Positions 9,372 through 18,315 of a DNA stretch of 64,000 nucleotides are shown one piece after another. Location of the stretch: contig CBFGIT010000002.1 in assembly GCA_965648905.1 (NCBI GenBank), positions 97,450 to 161,449 of the forward strand, in the 5' to 3' direction. Position 1 is the first letter of the stretch. Each line of letters opens with the position of its first letter. Source of the stretch: a candidate division WOR-3 bacterium. Its GTDB lineage: Bacteria > Hydrothermota > Tepidihabitantia > Tepidihabitantales > Tepidihabitantaceae. The position numbers were made by a program, and so were the translations under genes. The notes beneath the pieces were generated by a model. That model had not been told where the DNA came from. It ran no database searches and worked only from the letters and a program-made list of their open reading frames with translations.

Positions 9372-10502
9372 CTAAAGGGTTTCTTTTGCTTCCTTCAGAA
9401 CTTCCTTGGCGATAATCATGCGCATCACCTCTGAAGTGCCTTCGCCGATTTCGCCCAGCTTGGCATCGCGGTATACCCGGGCCACCGGCATCCGGTCGGT
9501 GATGGCAAGCGGACCGATGGCGTCAATCGCCGTGCCCGCAGCCCAGACCGCAACCTCAGACGCAAAGAGCTTGGCAAAGGCGCACTGCTTGTCGGCCCGG
9601 ACATTGGCATCTTTGGTCACCGCCGCGCTGTAAACGAGCTGGCGCGCCGCCTCGACCTGGGTGGCAACGTCAGATAGGGCCTTCTGCTCAAGCTGGGTCA
9701 TGTTCCGATCCTTGAACCACTCGACCATCGTATCGAGTGCGCACTGGGCCATGCCCAGGCAGAACGCACCGATGGAGATGCGACCGCCGTCCAGGGTCTC
9801 CATGAATATCCGGTACCCGTCCATCTCCTTGCCGAGCACGCTGTCCAGGGGCAGCAGCATGTCCTCAAACGCGAGCTCGACCGTGTCCGAACCCGAAAGC
9901 CCGAGCTTGCGCTCTTTTGACGCGACCTTGAACCCAGGGGTCCTGGTCTCGGCAATGAAACAGGTGATGGCCTTGCGGCCGAGTTTGCGGTCCATGCTCG
10001 CCGCGACAATCACAGTTCCGGCATACGAAGCTGAGGTGATGAACCGCTTTGACCCGTTGATGAGGAACCCCTGGTCGGTCTTCTGAGCGGTCGTCTCGAT
10101 GCCGGCCGCATCCGAGCCGGCATTCGGCTCGGTCAGGCCGAACGAGCCGAGGTACTCACCCCGGGCCAGGCGGGGCACGTACTTTTCTTTCTGCTCCTTT
10201 GTGCCGAACTTATAGATGGGATAGGTGCCGAGCGAGGTATGGGCGGCCATGGTCAGACCGGTTGAAGCGCAGACCCGCGACACTTCCTCGACACCGATGG
10301 CATAGGACAGATAGTCAAGGCCCATGCCGCCCAGTTCCTTGGGCCACGGAATGCCCAGATAGCCCTGCTCGGCCAGCGCCTTGACGTTGGCTTCGACGAA
10401 AGCACCGCTGAGGTCGCAGGCAGCAGCGCCGGGCGCGACGACCCGAAGCGCGAACTCACGCACTTCCTTTCTGAATCGCTGGTGCGGCTCAGGCAGTATC
10501 AT
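9372..10502 (-). CDS. Acyl-CoA dehydrogenase family protein with divergent C-terminal region
   Basis: 'FGLTEPNAGSD' and 'RDAKLGEIGEGTSE' present; the RxQFG and QxxGGxG motifs are absent. Confidence 0.85.
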   Translation of the reverse strand: MILPEPHQRFRKEVREFALRVVAPGAAACDLSGAFVEANVKALAEQGYLGIPWPKELGGMGLDYLSYAIGVEEVSRVCASTGLTMAAHTSLGTYPIYKFGTKEQKEKYVPRLARGEYLGSFGLTEPNAGSDAAGIETTAQKTDQGFLINGSKRFITSASYAGTVIVAASMDRKLGRKAITCFIAETRTPGFKVASKERKLGLSGSDTVELAFEDMLLPLDSVLGKEMDGYRIFMETLDGGRISIGAFCLGMAQCALDTMVEWFKDRNMTQLEQKALSDVATQVEAARQLVYSAAVTKDANVRADKQCAFAKLFASEVAVWAAGTAIDAIGPLAITDRMPVARVYRDAKLGEIGEGTSEVMRMIIAKEVLKEAKETL

Positions 10503-10517
10503 CGCTCCTCCTTGCCG

Positions 10518-10573
10518 AACTCCGTGTTCTGGGTTCTTGATTCTGCATTCTGATTTCCGGTTTCTGACTTCTC
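10518..10573 (-). repeat. Eight degenerate heptamers (NAGAANN type), intergenic
   Basis: Minus strand gagaagt cagaaac cggaaat cagaatg cagaatc aagaacc cagaaca cggagtt, directly after the stop codon at 10574. Confidence 0.8.
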
Positions 10574-11338
10574 CTAGATATAGTACCGGTCCGGGTCAAT
10601 CTTCTCACGCAGCAGCGTAAGCTGGCGCTTGGTGGGCGGCCGGTTCACGGTCACCTTGTCTGCGACCAGGAGCTCGAACCCGGTCGCGGCTTTCACCTGC
10701 TCGACCGTCACGCCCGGATGGGTGGCGATGAGCCGCATCCGCTTCGACTCAGGCTCAAAATCCATCATCGCCAGGTTCGTCACGACCCGGTACGGCCCGG
10801 TCCCCGGCGGCAGGCCGGCCCGCTCGCGCGCGCCCGGGCCGGAGAGATACCCTGGGGTGGTCAGAAAATCGACTTTGGAGACAAACGAACGCGGCTCGTG
10901 CTTACGCATGATTACGATGGTCTTCCAGCAGAACGAGCCGACGTCATTGGCTCCGCCTGAGCCGGGCAACCGAACCTTAGGCGGCCAGTACTGGCCGATA
11001 ACCGTGGTATTCAGGTTGCCGTACATGTCAATCTGAGCGCCACCTAAGAACCCGTACTCGATGAAACCACGGGCCGCTGTCTCCATGATATCGCAGATAC
11101 CTGAGGCTGCAACCGCCTTGTGGAACGTGCGCGAATCCCCGACTCCCAAGGGCAACTGCTTGAGCGACGCGCCGGTGCCGCCGAACTCGAATACCGGTAC
11201 CAGGTTCGGGGCGTGGGTCCGCTTGGCCAGAGCCGCGGCGAGCATCGGGATACCGGTACCGACAAACGCGGTTGTGCCGTCCTCCATCAGCTTGGAAGCA
11301 AGGGAGATGAGGAATTCGGCTTCGTTGTACTCTGCCAT
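10574..11338 (-). CDS. Family I CoA-transferase beta subunit (glutaconate CoA-transferase GctB-like)
   Basis: 'FVGTGIP', 'VFEFG' (catalytic Glu position), 'GAQIDMYGNLN', 'RLPGSGGAND'. Confidence 0.88.
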   Translation of the reverse strand: MAEYNEAEFLISLASKLMEDGTTAFVGTGIPMLAAALAKRTHAPNLVPVFEFGGTGASLKQLPLGVGDSRTFHKAVAASGICDIMETAARGFIEYGFLGGAQIDMYGNLNTTVIGQYWPPKVRLPGSGGANDVGSFCWKTIVIMRKHEPRSFVSKVDFLTTPGYLSGPGARERAGLPPGTGPYRVVTNLAMMDFEPESKRMRLIATHPGVTVEQVKAATGFELLVADKVTVNRPPTKRQLTLLREKIDPDRYYI

Positions 11339-12309
11339 TACCGGCCTCCAATCTCGGATTCAAGTTTCCTGAGACGGTCCATGCCTACGAGTTGGACGTA
11401 CTCGGCGTGGTTCCTGACGCCATACACCCACTTATCGAGGTAAGCCTTGGTCTTGACCGGGTCAGCCGAGTCCTGAAGGAAACTCTGCAGATGTTCGCCG
11501 TCGCGCCAGTAGCAGTAGCACATCTCGCCCGGGTGTGAGCCGTACTTCGCTTCAACCACCGCGTCGACCAGATAGTACGGGATGACCGTGCGGTCCGGGT
11601 ACTTCTTGATCTTGTCGGTCGAGACAATCTCCTCGCACGAGACGATGAGCCGCTTGCTGGCGCGCGCCATCTCGTGAACGAAGCCCGAGATACCATCAAC
11701 CTGACAGTTGCCGTACTTGTCAGCCCGGTGGACGTGGATAAGTCCGACGTCCATGAATAGGGCCGGAATCAGGCAGACCGGCTTGCCGGTGAACGGGTCT
11801 TCGACCACCTTGGCACCGGAGTGCTTCAGAGTATCAGTGCCGAGCATCGAGCGCACGGGCACGAACGGCACACCCATAGCCGCGGCCTTGAACCGCCAGG
11901 TGATGCCGCCGTTTGACCAGTCAGTCGTCTTCACCCGGCCCGACTCGACTGCGCGGCGCAGGCACGCCGAGATGCCGTAGACCTCCCATGCGACATAGGT
12001 GATGTCGAGCGTGTCGACCAGGTCCGCGGCCAGGAGCAGGTCAATCTCATGAATGCCCTGGCCCGCGACCCGCAGGTGCTTCTTGCCCTGGCGGATGAGC
12101 TCGCGCACCAGGGACATCGGTGCGCGCACCGTGCCGTAGAGCTCGGTGCCGATGTAGTCGCCGTCGTTTACGAACCGGCTGATGGCGTCCTGCTCGCTCA
12201 TCACCTTGTCCACCATCTTTGTGTTCTTCCTGGTGTGGACGAACTCTCGGAATCCGTCCGGGTCAGGCGGCTGGAACAGCTCGCCGATACCGGATTCAAT
12301 GACATTCAT
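11338..12309 (-). CDS. Family I CoA-transferase alpha subunit (GctA-like)
   Basis: 'RAPMSLVRELIRQG', 'AAAMGVPF', 'IHVHRADKYGN'; coupled to the beta subunit. Confidence 0.88.
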   Translation of the reverse strand: MNVIESGIGELFQPPDPDGFREFVHTRKNTKMVDKVMSEQDAISRFVNDGDYIGTELYGTVRAPMSLVRELIRQGKKHLRVAGQGIHEIDLLLAADLVDTLDITYVAWEVYGISACLRRAVESGRVKTTDWSNGGITWRFKAAAMGVPFVPVRSMLGTDTLKHSGAKVVEDPFTGKPVCLIPALFMDVGLIHVHRADKYGNCQVDGISGFVHEMARASKRLIVSCEEIVSTDKIKKYPDRTVIPYYLVDAVVEAKYGSHPGEMCYCYWRDGEHLQSFLQDSADPVKTKAYLDKWVYGVRNHAEYVQLVGMDRLRKLESEIGGR

Positions 12310-12452
12310 GGCAGTTGCCTCCTGCGAATGGACGTAGGTATGCTGGCGGCCTATTCAACAGGTGTATGCTAGATATTCTGGCTACAAAGTCAATTCCGAC
12401 CAGAGCGACTCAGGAACCATGGTCCGGTCTCAGAGACTTGCGCGGCATGAAC

Positions 12453-12481
12453 TTGCACCGCAGGGCTTCTGGCGCTATACT
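12453..12481 (+). promoter_or_regulatory. sigma70-type promoter for the tal-tkt operon
   Basis: TTGCAC-N17-TATACT. Confidence 0.5.
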
Positions 12482-12611
12482 GCATTGCCGTGTCGGCAAT
12501 GCCAACCCGGAGCCTTCTGTCCGGCAGTACCCATTCACCAAACCAATGCCCGGCGGTGCGGGCCCGCTCCTTAAGGCAGCGGTTCCAATTCCCGGGCCCA
12601 AGGAGGCAGCA

Positions 12612-13265
12612 GTGAGGATTTTCATCGATTCCGCAGACATCAACGAGATTCGCGAGGTCGCGAGCTGGGGTGTGCTGGCCGGCTGCACAACCAATCCCAG
12701 CCTGGTCTGTAAGACCGGCCGTCCTTTCAAGGAGTGTGTCCGTGACATTCTGCCCGTAGTCCCGGGTCCGGTGTCGGTTGAGGCAGTCTCGGCTGACGCC
12801 GCTGGCATGATAAGAGAGGGTGAGGACTGGGCGCGGCTCGACCCGGAGAAAGTCACCATCAAGATTCCGATGTCGGTTGAAGGGCTGAAGGCGGTGCGCG
12901 GTCTGGCCGACAAGGAAATCAAGACCAACGTGACCCTGGTCTTTTCAACCAATCAGGCGCTGCTCGCTGCCCAGGCTGGCGCGACGTTCCTGAGTCCGTT
13001 TGTCGGCCGACTGGACGACATCTCACACGACGGGATGGAGTTGATTCACGACATCGTCGAGATGATTGACACCTACGGCTTTGACACCGAGGTGATTGCT
13101 GCGAGCATCCGCCACCCGCTCCACGTCATCGAATCGCTGCGTGCTGGTGCGCACGTCGCGACGATTCCCTACGATGTACTGCTGAAGATGGTGAAACACC
13201 CGCTCACCGATGCCGGTATCAAGAAGTTCTACGAGGACTTCCAGAAGATTCCGCAATCCAGGTAG
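12612..13265 (+). CDS. tal: Transaldolase / fructose-6-phosphate aldolase (short type)
   Basis: 'IFIDSAD', 'GCTTNPSL', 'IKIPM', 'NVTLVFS', 'SPFVGRLDD'. AGGAGG SD before GTG 12612. Confidence 0.92.
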   Translation: MRIFIDSADINEIREVASWGVLAGCTTNPSLVCKTGRPFKECVRDILPVVPGPVSVEAVSADAAGMIREGEDWARLDPEKVTIKIPMSVEGLKAVRGLADKEIKTNVTLVFSTNQALLAAQAGATFLSPFVGRLDDISHDGMELIHDIVEMIDTYGFDTEVIAASIRHPLHVIESLRAGAHVATIPYDVLLKMVKHPLTDAGIKKFYEDFQKIPQSR

Positions 13266-13277
13266 GAAGGAGAAAAC

Positions 13278-15389
13278 ATGCCGATTGTTGACTCTACGAC
13301 CGGACAGGTGAAAAAGACCGCGGGCCTGGGCGAGCTGGTCCAGGCCGCGAACATGATGCGCGGCTATGACCTGGTTGCCCTGTGCGCGGCCGGGTCCGGC
13401 CACGCCGGCGGGACCCTCTCCATCATGGACATCACCGCGGCGCTGTATCTGAACGTCGCGCGGCTCGACCCGGAGAATCCGTCCTGGCCGGACCGGGACC
13501 GAATCATCTGGTCCACCGGACATAAGGCTCCGGCTCTCTACCTCGGGCTGGGCATGGCCGGTTTCTTTCCGGTCGAGGACGTGGTGCTGCTGCGCAAGCT
13601 GTACTCGCCGTTCCAGGGCCATCCGCACTGGCTTAAGGTACCGGGAGCAGAGATTTCATCGGGCTCTTTGGGCCAGGGGCTCTCGGTCGCGGTCGGCATC
13701 GCCCTGGCCGGCCGGATGGACCGCAGGAGCTTCCGGGTATACTGCCTGACCGGTGATGGCGAGCATCAGGAAGGCCAAATCTGGGAAGCAGTGATGGAGG
13801 CCGGCGCGTACAAGCTCGACAATCTCTGCTGCATCGTCGACAAGAATCGGCTGCAGATTGACGGCTGGGTCAAGGACGTGATGAACGTCGACCCGCTGGC
13901 TGACAAGTACCGCGCGTTCGGCTGGCACGTCATCGAAATCGACGGCCACAACATGCAGCAGATTCTGAAGGCGTTCGAGAAGGCGGCTCTGTTCAAGGGT
14001 CAGCCGACCGTGATCATCGCCAACACGACCAAAGGCAAAGGCGTGGACTTCATGGAGAACCAGGCTGGCTGGCACGGCAAGGCTCCGAACCACGACCAGA
14101 TGGTGCAGGGCCTGAAGCAGCTCAACCTCGAGTTCCGCATCGACCACAAGAAGCTCCTGGCCCGTGCTCAGGCCTACCAGACCGAGGCAACGACGAAACT
14201 GATGGCCAAGGTCCCGGCTTTCTCGCGCGACTTTTTCTGGAACCGGCAGCCAGTGATGAAGGTCGAGATGAAACCAACCCGGCTCGGGTTCGGCGATGCG
14301 CTCGAGAAGGTCGGTGCGGACAAGCGCGCAGTCGCCATCGGCGCAGACATCTCCGGCTCGATTGCGATTGCCCGGTTCTTCGAGTGCGACCCGGAGCGGT
14401 GCGAACGCTGGATATCGGTCGGCATCGCCGAGCAGTCGGGCACCTGTGTGGCCGCAGGCCTGGCCAAAGAAGGCAAGCTGCCGGTGTTCGGCACCTATGG
14501 CGTATTTGCTGCGGGCCGGAACTTAGACCAGCTCCGGACCACGGTCTGCTACGGCAATTTCAACGTGCTGATTGCCGGCGCGCACGGCGGGGTTTCGGTC
14601 GGACCGGACGGTGCGACCCATCAGGCACTTGAGGACCTGTTCCAGATCTGCGGTCTGCCGGGCATGAACGTCTCAGTGCCGTGCGACGCGCTCGAAACCC
14701 AGCGGGCAACCGAATACCTCCTGATGGAAGTCAAGGGCCCGAAGTATATCCGGTTCGCACGCGAGGCGACACCGGTCATCACCCGGCCAGACACGCCCTA
14801 TATCTGGGGCGAACCCAATGCCTACCGGTTCCGGGGCGAGCAGCCGAACTTCGCCGACGCCTTTGAGGTGAAGCTGGCCAGCGCGTACAAGAGCGAGAAC
14901 GAGGACCTGACCGTGGTCGCGTGCGGGCCGATGGTGCCGGAGGCGATGCGCGCGGCCTGGATACTGAAGACCGACTTCAACCTCGAAACCCGGGTCATCA
15001 ACCTGCATACCCTGAAGCCGTTCAACCCGGCTCCGCTGGTCAAGGCTGCGGCTGAAACTGGCATCATCATCACGGCTGAAGAACATCAGGTCGGCGGCCT
15101 GGCCAACTGGGTTTCCCATGCCCTGCATGCTGCGCCTGAGCTTTATGGCGTGCCGATTGCCTTTGGCGCGGTCGGGGTGAAAGACCGGTTTGGCGAGTCG
15201 GGCCAGCCCTGGGAACTGATGTGGGAGTTCGAGGTGTCGGGTGAGCACATCGCAGCCCGGGCCAAAGAGCTTGCTGACTTTGTCAAAGGGCACAAGACCG
15301 GAGCCAAGGCAGCCAAGCCAGCGGCCAAGAAGCCGGCGGCAAGGAAAGCGGCGGCACCGAAGAAGGTTAAGGCGTCGGGCGGCGAATAG
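13278..15389 (+). CDS. tkt: Transketolase (N- and C-terminal domains fused) with Lys/Ala-rich tail
   Basis: 'SGHAGG', 'GSLGQG', TPP motif 'GDGEHQEGQIWEA', 'GIAEQ', 'DGATHQ'. Confidence 0.92.
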   Translation: MPIVDSTTGQVKKTAGLGELVQAANMMRGYDLVALCAAGSGHAGGTLSIMDITAALYLNVARLDPENPSWPDRDRIIWSTGHKAPALYLGLGMAGFFPVEDVVLLRKLYSPFQGHPHWLKVPGAEISSGSLGQGLSVAVGIALAGRMDRRSFRVYCLTGDGEHQEGQIWEAVMEAGAYKLDNLCCIVDKNRLQIDGWVKDVMNVDPLADKYRAFGWHVIEIDGHNMQQILKAFEKAALFKGQPTVIIANTTKGKGVDFMENQAGWHGKAPNHDQMVQGLKQLNLEFRIDHKKLLARAQAYQTEATTKLMAKVPAFSRDFFWNRQPVMKVEMKPTRLGFGDALEKVGADKRAVAIGADISGSIAIARFFECDPERCERWISVGIAEQSGTCVAAGLAKEGKLPVFGTYGVFAAGRNLDQLRTTVCYGNFNVLIAGAHGGVSVGPDGATHQALEDLFQICGLPGMNVSVPCDALETQRATEYLLMEVKGPKYIRFAREATPVITRPDTPYIWGEPNAYRFRGEQPNFADAFEVKLASAYKSENEDLTVVACGPMVPEAMRAAWILKTDFNLETRVINLHTLKPFNPAPLVKAAAETGIIITAEEHQVGGLANWVSHALHAAPELYGVPIAFGAVGVKDRFGESGQPWELMWEFEVSGEHIAARAKELADFVKGHKTGAKAAKPAAKKPAARKAAAPKKVKASGGE

Positions 15390-15411
15390 GCCGGCAGGAA
15401 AGGACAAACCG

Positions 15412-16572
15412 ATGAGACTTGCAGAACGGATGTCGCGGCTTGGTACTGAGACCGCATTCGACTGCCTTTGTCGGGCTAAGGCGCTCGAATGCAGGATGGA
15501 CGTCGTGCATCTGGAAATCGGCGAGCCGGACTTTGACACACCGCAGCACATCCGCGAGGCAGCCAAGCAGGCGCTTGATGCAGGCTACACCCACTATGGC
15601 CCGTCGGCCGGCCTGCCCGAGCTACGTGCCGCGATTGCTGAGTACGCCGGCCGCTTGCGGGACGTGACGTTCCGCGACGAACAGGTCGTGGTTACACCCG
15701 GCGGCAAGCCGGTGATGGCCTTTGCCATCATGGCACTGGTCGAAGAAGGCGACGAGGTCATCTACCCCAACCCGGGCTTCCCGATTTATGAGTCGATGAT
15801 TGAGTACATGGGGGGCAGGGCAGTGCCAATTCATCTGCGCGAGAGCCGGGAGTTCCGGCTCGATGCCGAAGAGCTGGCCAGCCTGGTCAACCCACGCACC
15901 AAGCTCATCATCATCAACTCGCCCCAGAACCCGACCGGCGCAGTCTTGACACGCGAGGACCTGCGGTTGGTGGCCGACACCGCGCTCAAGCACAACGTCT
16001 GGATTCTGGCTGACGAGATTTACTCGGAAATCCTCTACCAGGGACGCTACGAGTCCATCTCCCAATTCCCCGAGGTTCACCACCGGCTGATTATCCTCGA
16101 CGGCTTTTCTAAGACCTATGCGATGACCGGCTGGCGGGTCGGGTACGGCATCATGCCCAAAGAGATGGCCGACAAGCTCGCCCGGATTCAGACCAACACC
16201 AATTCATGTACCGCAACCTTCAGCCAGCGCGCCTGCCTTGAGGCACTCAAAGGCCCGCGCGAACCGGTTAACAAGATGGTTGCCGAGTTCAAGCAAAGGC
16301 GCGACTTCATCGTCGACGGCCTCAACGCGATTCCCGGATTCCGCTGCGTCCGACCGCTGGGCGCGTTCTACGTCTTCCCGAACATCGAGGCCACCGGGCT
16401 TGACTGCAAGGTATTGGCTGACCGGCTGCTTGAGGAACAGGGCGTGGCATGCCTGGCGGGAACGTGTTTCGGTAAGTACGGCGACGGTTTCCTGCGCTTC
16501 AGCTATGCCAACTCGGTTCAGAACATCGAAAAGGCTCTGAACCGGGTCCGGCAACTGCTCAACAGAGCGTAG
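15412..16572 (+). CDS. PLP-dependent aminotransferase class I/II (aspartate aminotransferase-like)
   Basis: 'GEPDFDTP', 'NSPQNPTG', 'DEIY', 'SKTYAMTGWRVG'. Confidence 0.92.
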   Translation: MRLAERMSRLGTETAFDCLCRAKALECRMDVVHLEIGEPDFDTPQHIREAAKQALDAGYTHYGPSAGLPELRAAIAEYAGRLRDVTFRDEQVVVTPGGKPVMAFAIMALVEEGDEVIYPNPGFPIYESMIEYMGGRAVPIHLRESREFRLDAEELASLVNPRTKLIIINSPQNPTGAVLTREDLRLVADTALKHNVWILADEIYSEILYQGRYESISQFPEVHHRLIILDGFSKTYAMTGWRVGYGIMPKEMADKLARIQTNTNSCTATFSQRACLEALKGPREPVNKMVAEFKQRRDFIVDGLNAIPGFRCVRPLGAFYVFPNIEATGLDCKVLADRLLEEQGVACLAGTCFGKYGDGFLRFSYANSVQNIEKALNRVRQLLNRA

Positions 16573-16605
16573 ACGTTCTCTCCGGACAGGAGAGAGACGC
16601 TGCGA

Positions 16606-17397
16606 GTGCGGACACACATGGCCCCGGACAGACCGGCGCTCCGACAGGCTCTTGTTCGGCTCGGTCGTCTCGACTTCGATGACTTCAGGCTGCTGCCCCC
16701 AGAAGCGGTTCGACAGGCCCTCAGCGACCCGGACACGCTCGACGACTGGCAGCTCGCCCTGAACAACGCGCCGCACATCCTCGTCCATTTCCGCCGCTGC
16801 TGTTCGGCCTGGTCGCTGGTCATTCGTCAGTCATCACTGGCTGATATCGCATCTGCCCAGTCCCGCCTGGTCTTGCACCACGCCCTCCTGTTGCTGCGGG
16901 AAAAGGCGCCGCCGCTCTACGACGCGCTGCCCTGGCACGAATGGGACTTCTCGACGGTCACGAAGAAGTACCGGCTCTGGCAGACGCGGCTCTTCCTGGC
17001 CGGCGACGGCACGAGTGCGATTCTGCCCGTGCTCCGCAAGTCTGCGGGAGCGGTTGTCTTCGAGCCATCCTCAACTCTTGCCCGCTATGTCCAGCGCAAG
17101 GCCGAACTCGAACGCATCAGGCGGTTCCGACTCCTTCCGGCTTCTCTGCCGCTCTCACTTGCGCCTGGCTCTTTCGACCTCGCCATCATCGGCTCCATTC
17201 CCTGGCTGCCAACTGCAGAGGGGCAACAGGTGATTAGCGAGGCGCTCCGCATCACCCGCGACGTGCTTGTCGTCGAGAACAACCCACTGGTACGGCCGCT
17301 GCCCAAAGACAGACTTACCGGGCTGGGTCTTGAGTTCGGCACTGTCCGCGTTGCTGGCCTTGGCTTGCGTCCCTGCTGGTGGCGCCGGCCAGACTAG
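16606..17397 (+). CDS. Hypothetical protein (possibly a degenerate methyltransferase fold)
   Basis: 263-aa ORF co-directional with the operon; weak 'LAGDGT' and 'GSFDLAI' motifs. Confidence 0.5.
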   Translation: MRTHMAPDRPALRQALVRLGRLDFDDFRLLPPEAVRQALSDPDTLDDWQLALNNAPHILVHFRRCCSAWSLVIRQSSLADIASAQSRLVLHHALLLLREKAPPLYDALPWHEWDFSTVTKKYRLWQTRLFLAGDGTSAILPVLRKSAGAVVFEPSSTLARYVQRKAELERIRRFRLLPASLPLSLAPGSFDLAIIGSIPWLPTAEGQQVISEALRITRDVLVVENNPLVRPLPKDRLTGLGLEFGTVRVAGLGLRPCWWRRPD

Positions 17398-17612
17398 TTG
17401 ACTCATGCTGCCCTGGGTCCGGCTTGCCGACGACAGGAGTGAACGGCAACCGCCGAATCCAGTGCCGGCTTAGACTGACAGTCACCAGCCAAGGCGACTG
17501 TTCGTGACGCAAACGGCTATTCAGCAAAGCAGTATAATGGTGAATCAGCCGGTCATCGGTCTCAACCCTCGAGAGTCACGGAGTTAGCCGAAAAAGAGGC
17601 GAAATCCAGAAC

Positions 17613-17902
17613 CCACCCGGGGAGTGGCTCCCCATACCGTTCCGGAAAGCGCTATCCTGAGCGAACCCTCAAGGGCCGTCGCTGCGGCTTTGCCTGCGGC
17701 TTGCGCCGCGGCTGGGGCTGGCGTGGGCCGATGCCCTGTGCGAGTCGCGGCCAGCGGCGCAGTCCTGCTGGCTCTGCTCCTGGCTCGGCATTGCGCTCTC
17801 AGGTGCGCAGCCACAATCGCTTCGCACGTCGCTTACCAATCCGCTCCGAGCGTCGCTCTGCAAGCCGACTTCCGAGTTGCGCCGCAAGCCGCGAGAGCAG
17901 CT
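17613..17902 (+). repeat. Degenerate 12-nt-period array A (23 units)
   Basis: From 17627, 22 of 23 consecutive 12-mers start with G, 18 with GC and 12 with GCT. Preceded by CCAC-N7-GTGG. Confidence 0.75.
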
Positions 17903-18027
17903 TTCACGTCAGGGGTCGGTCGCCCCTGCCCAATTCCGGTGTCCACCTTCATTTCAACCGCCTGCTGCTGTCGGTGGGTCGCATGCGGGCAGGAAGGCGC
18001 GGACAGGTCCAGCCGGACCGAGTCTCG

Positions 18028-18201
18028 TTACTCGACGACGGCCTTGGGCCGGTGTGGTTCCGGTCCGGCGTCGGAGAGGAAGAAGTACACGCCGGTCACC
18101 AGATGCTGCACGTAGTTCGTTCCCGGCCCAATGTCCATCACCTTGCGGCTGTTCGCGTCGAACAGGTTCTGCCGTGAACCAGCGGTAAGTTGTCGGCCCA
18201 T
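18028..18201 (-). CDS. 57-aa orphan secretion C-terminal-domain-like ORF (possible gene remnant)
   Basis: MGRQLTAGSRQNLFDANSRKVMDIGPGTNYVQHLVTGVYFF... parallels the C-terminus of 41399-42154 (LLSADGRRTMQLGPGANNVSRLAPGVYF). Confidence 0.55.
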   Translation of the reverse strand: MGRQLTAGSRQNLFDANSRKVMDIGPGTNYVQHLVTGVYFFLSDAGPEPHRPKAVVE

Positions 18202-18315
18202 CAGTAGTCTCGCTTCCTTGAGCCGCGCTTGATTCTGCGGTTGACAGCAGTATAGTGAAACCGGCAGGGTTGCGCGGTCAGGAATGGCCCATTACCAAAC
18301 TGCCGCAGGTTAACC

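Noticed and set aside
17613..17902. 12-mer arrays as CRISPR arrays
   Set aside because: There is no 23-50 nt conserved repeat, the period is far too short, and no cas genes are in the window.
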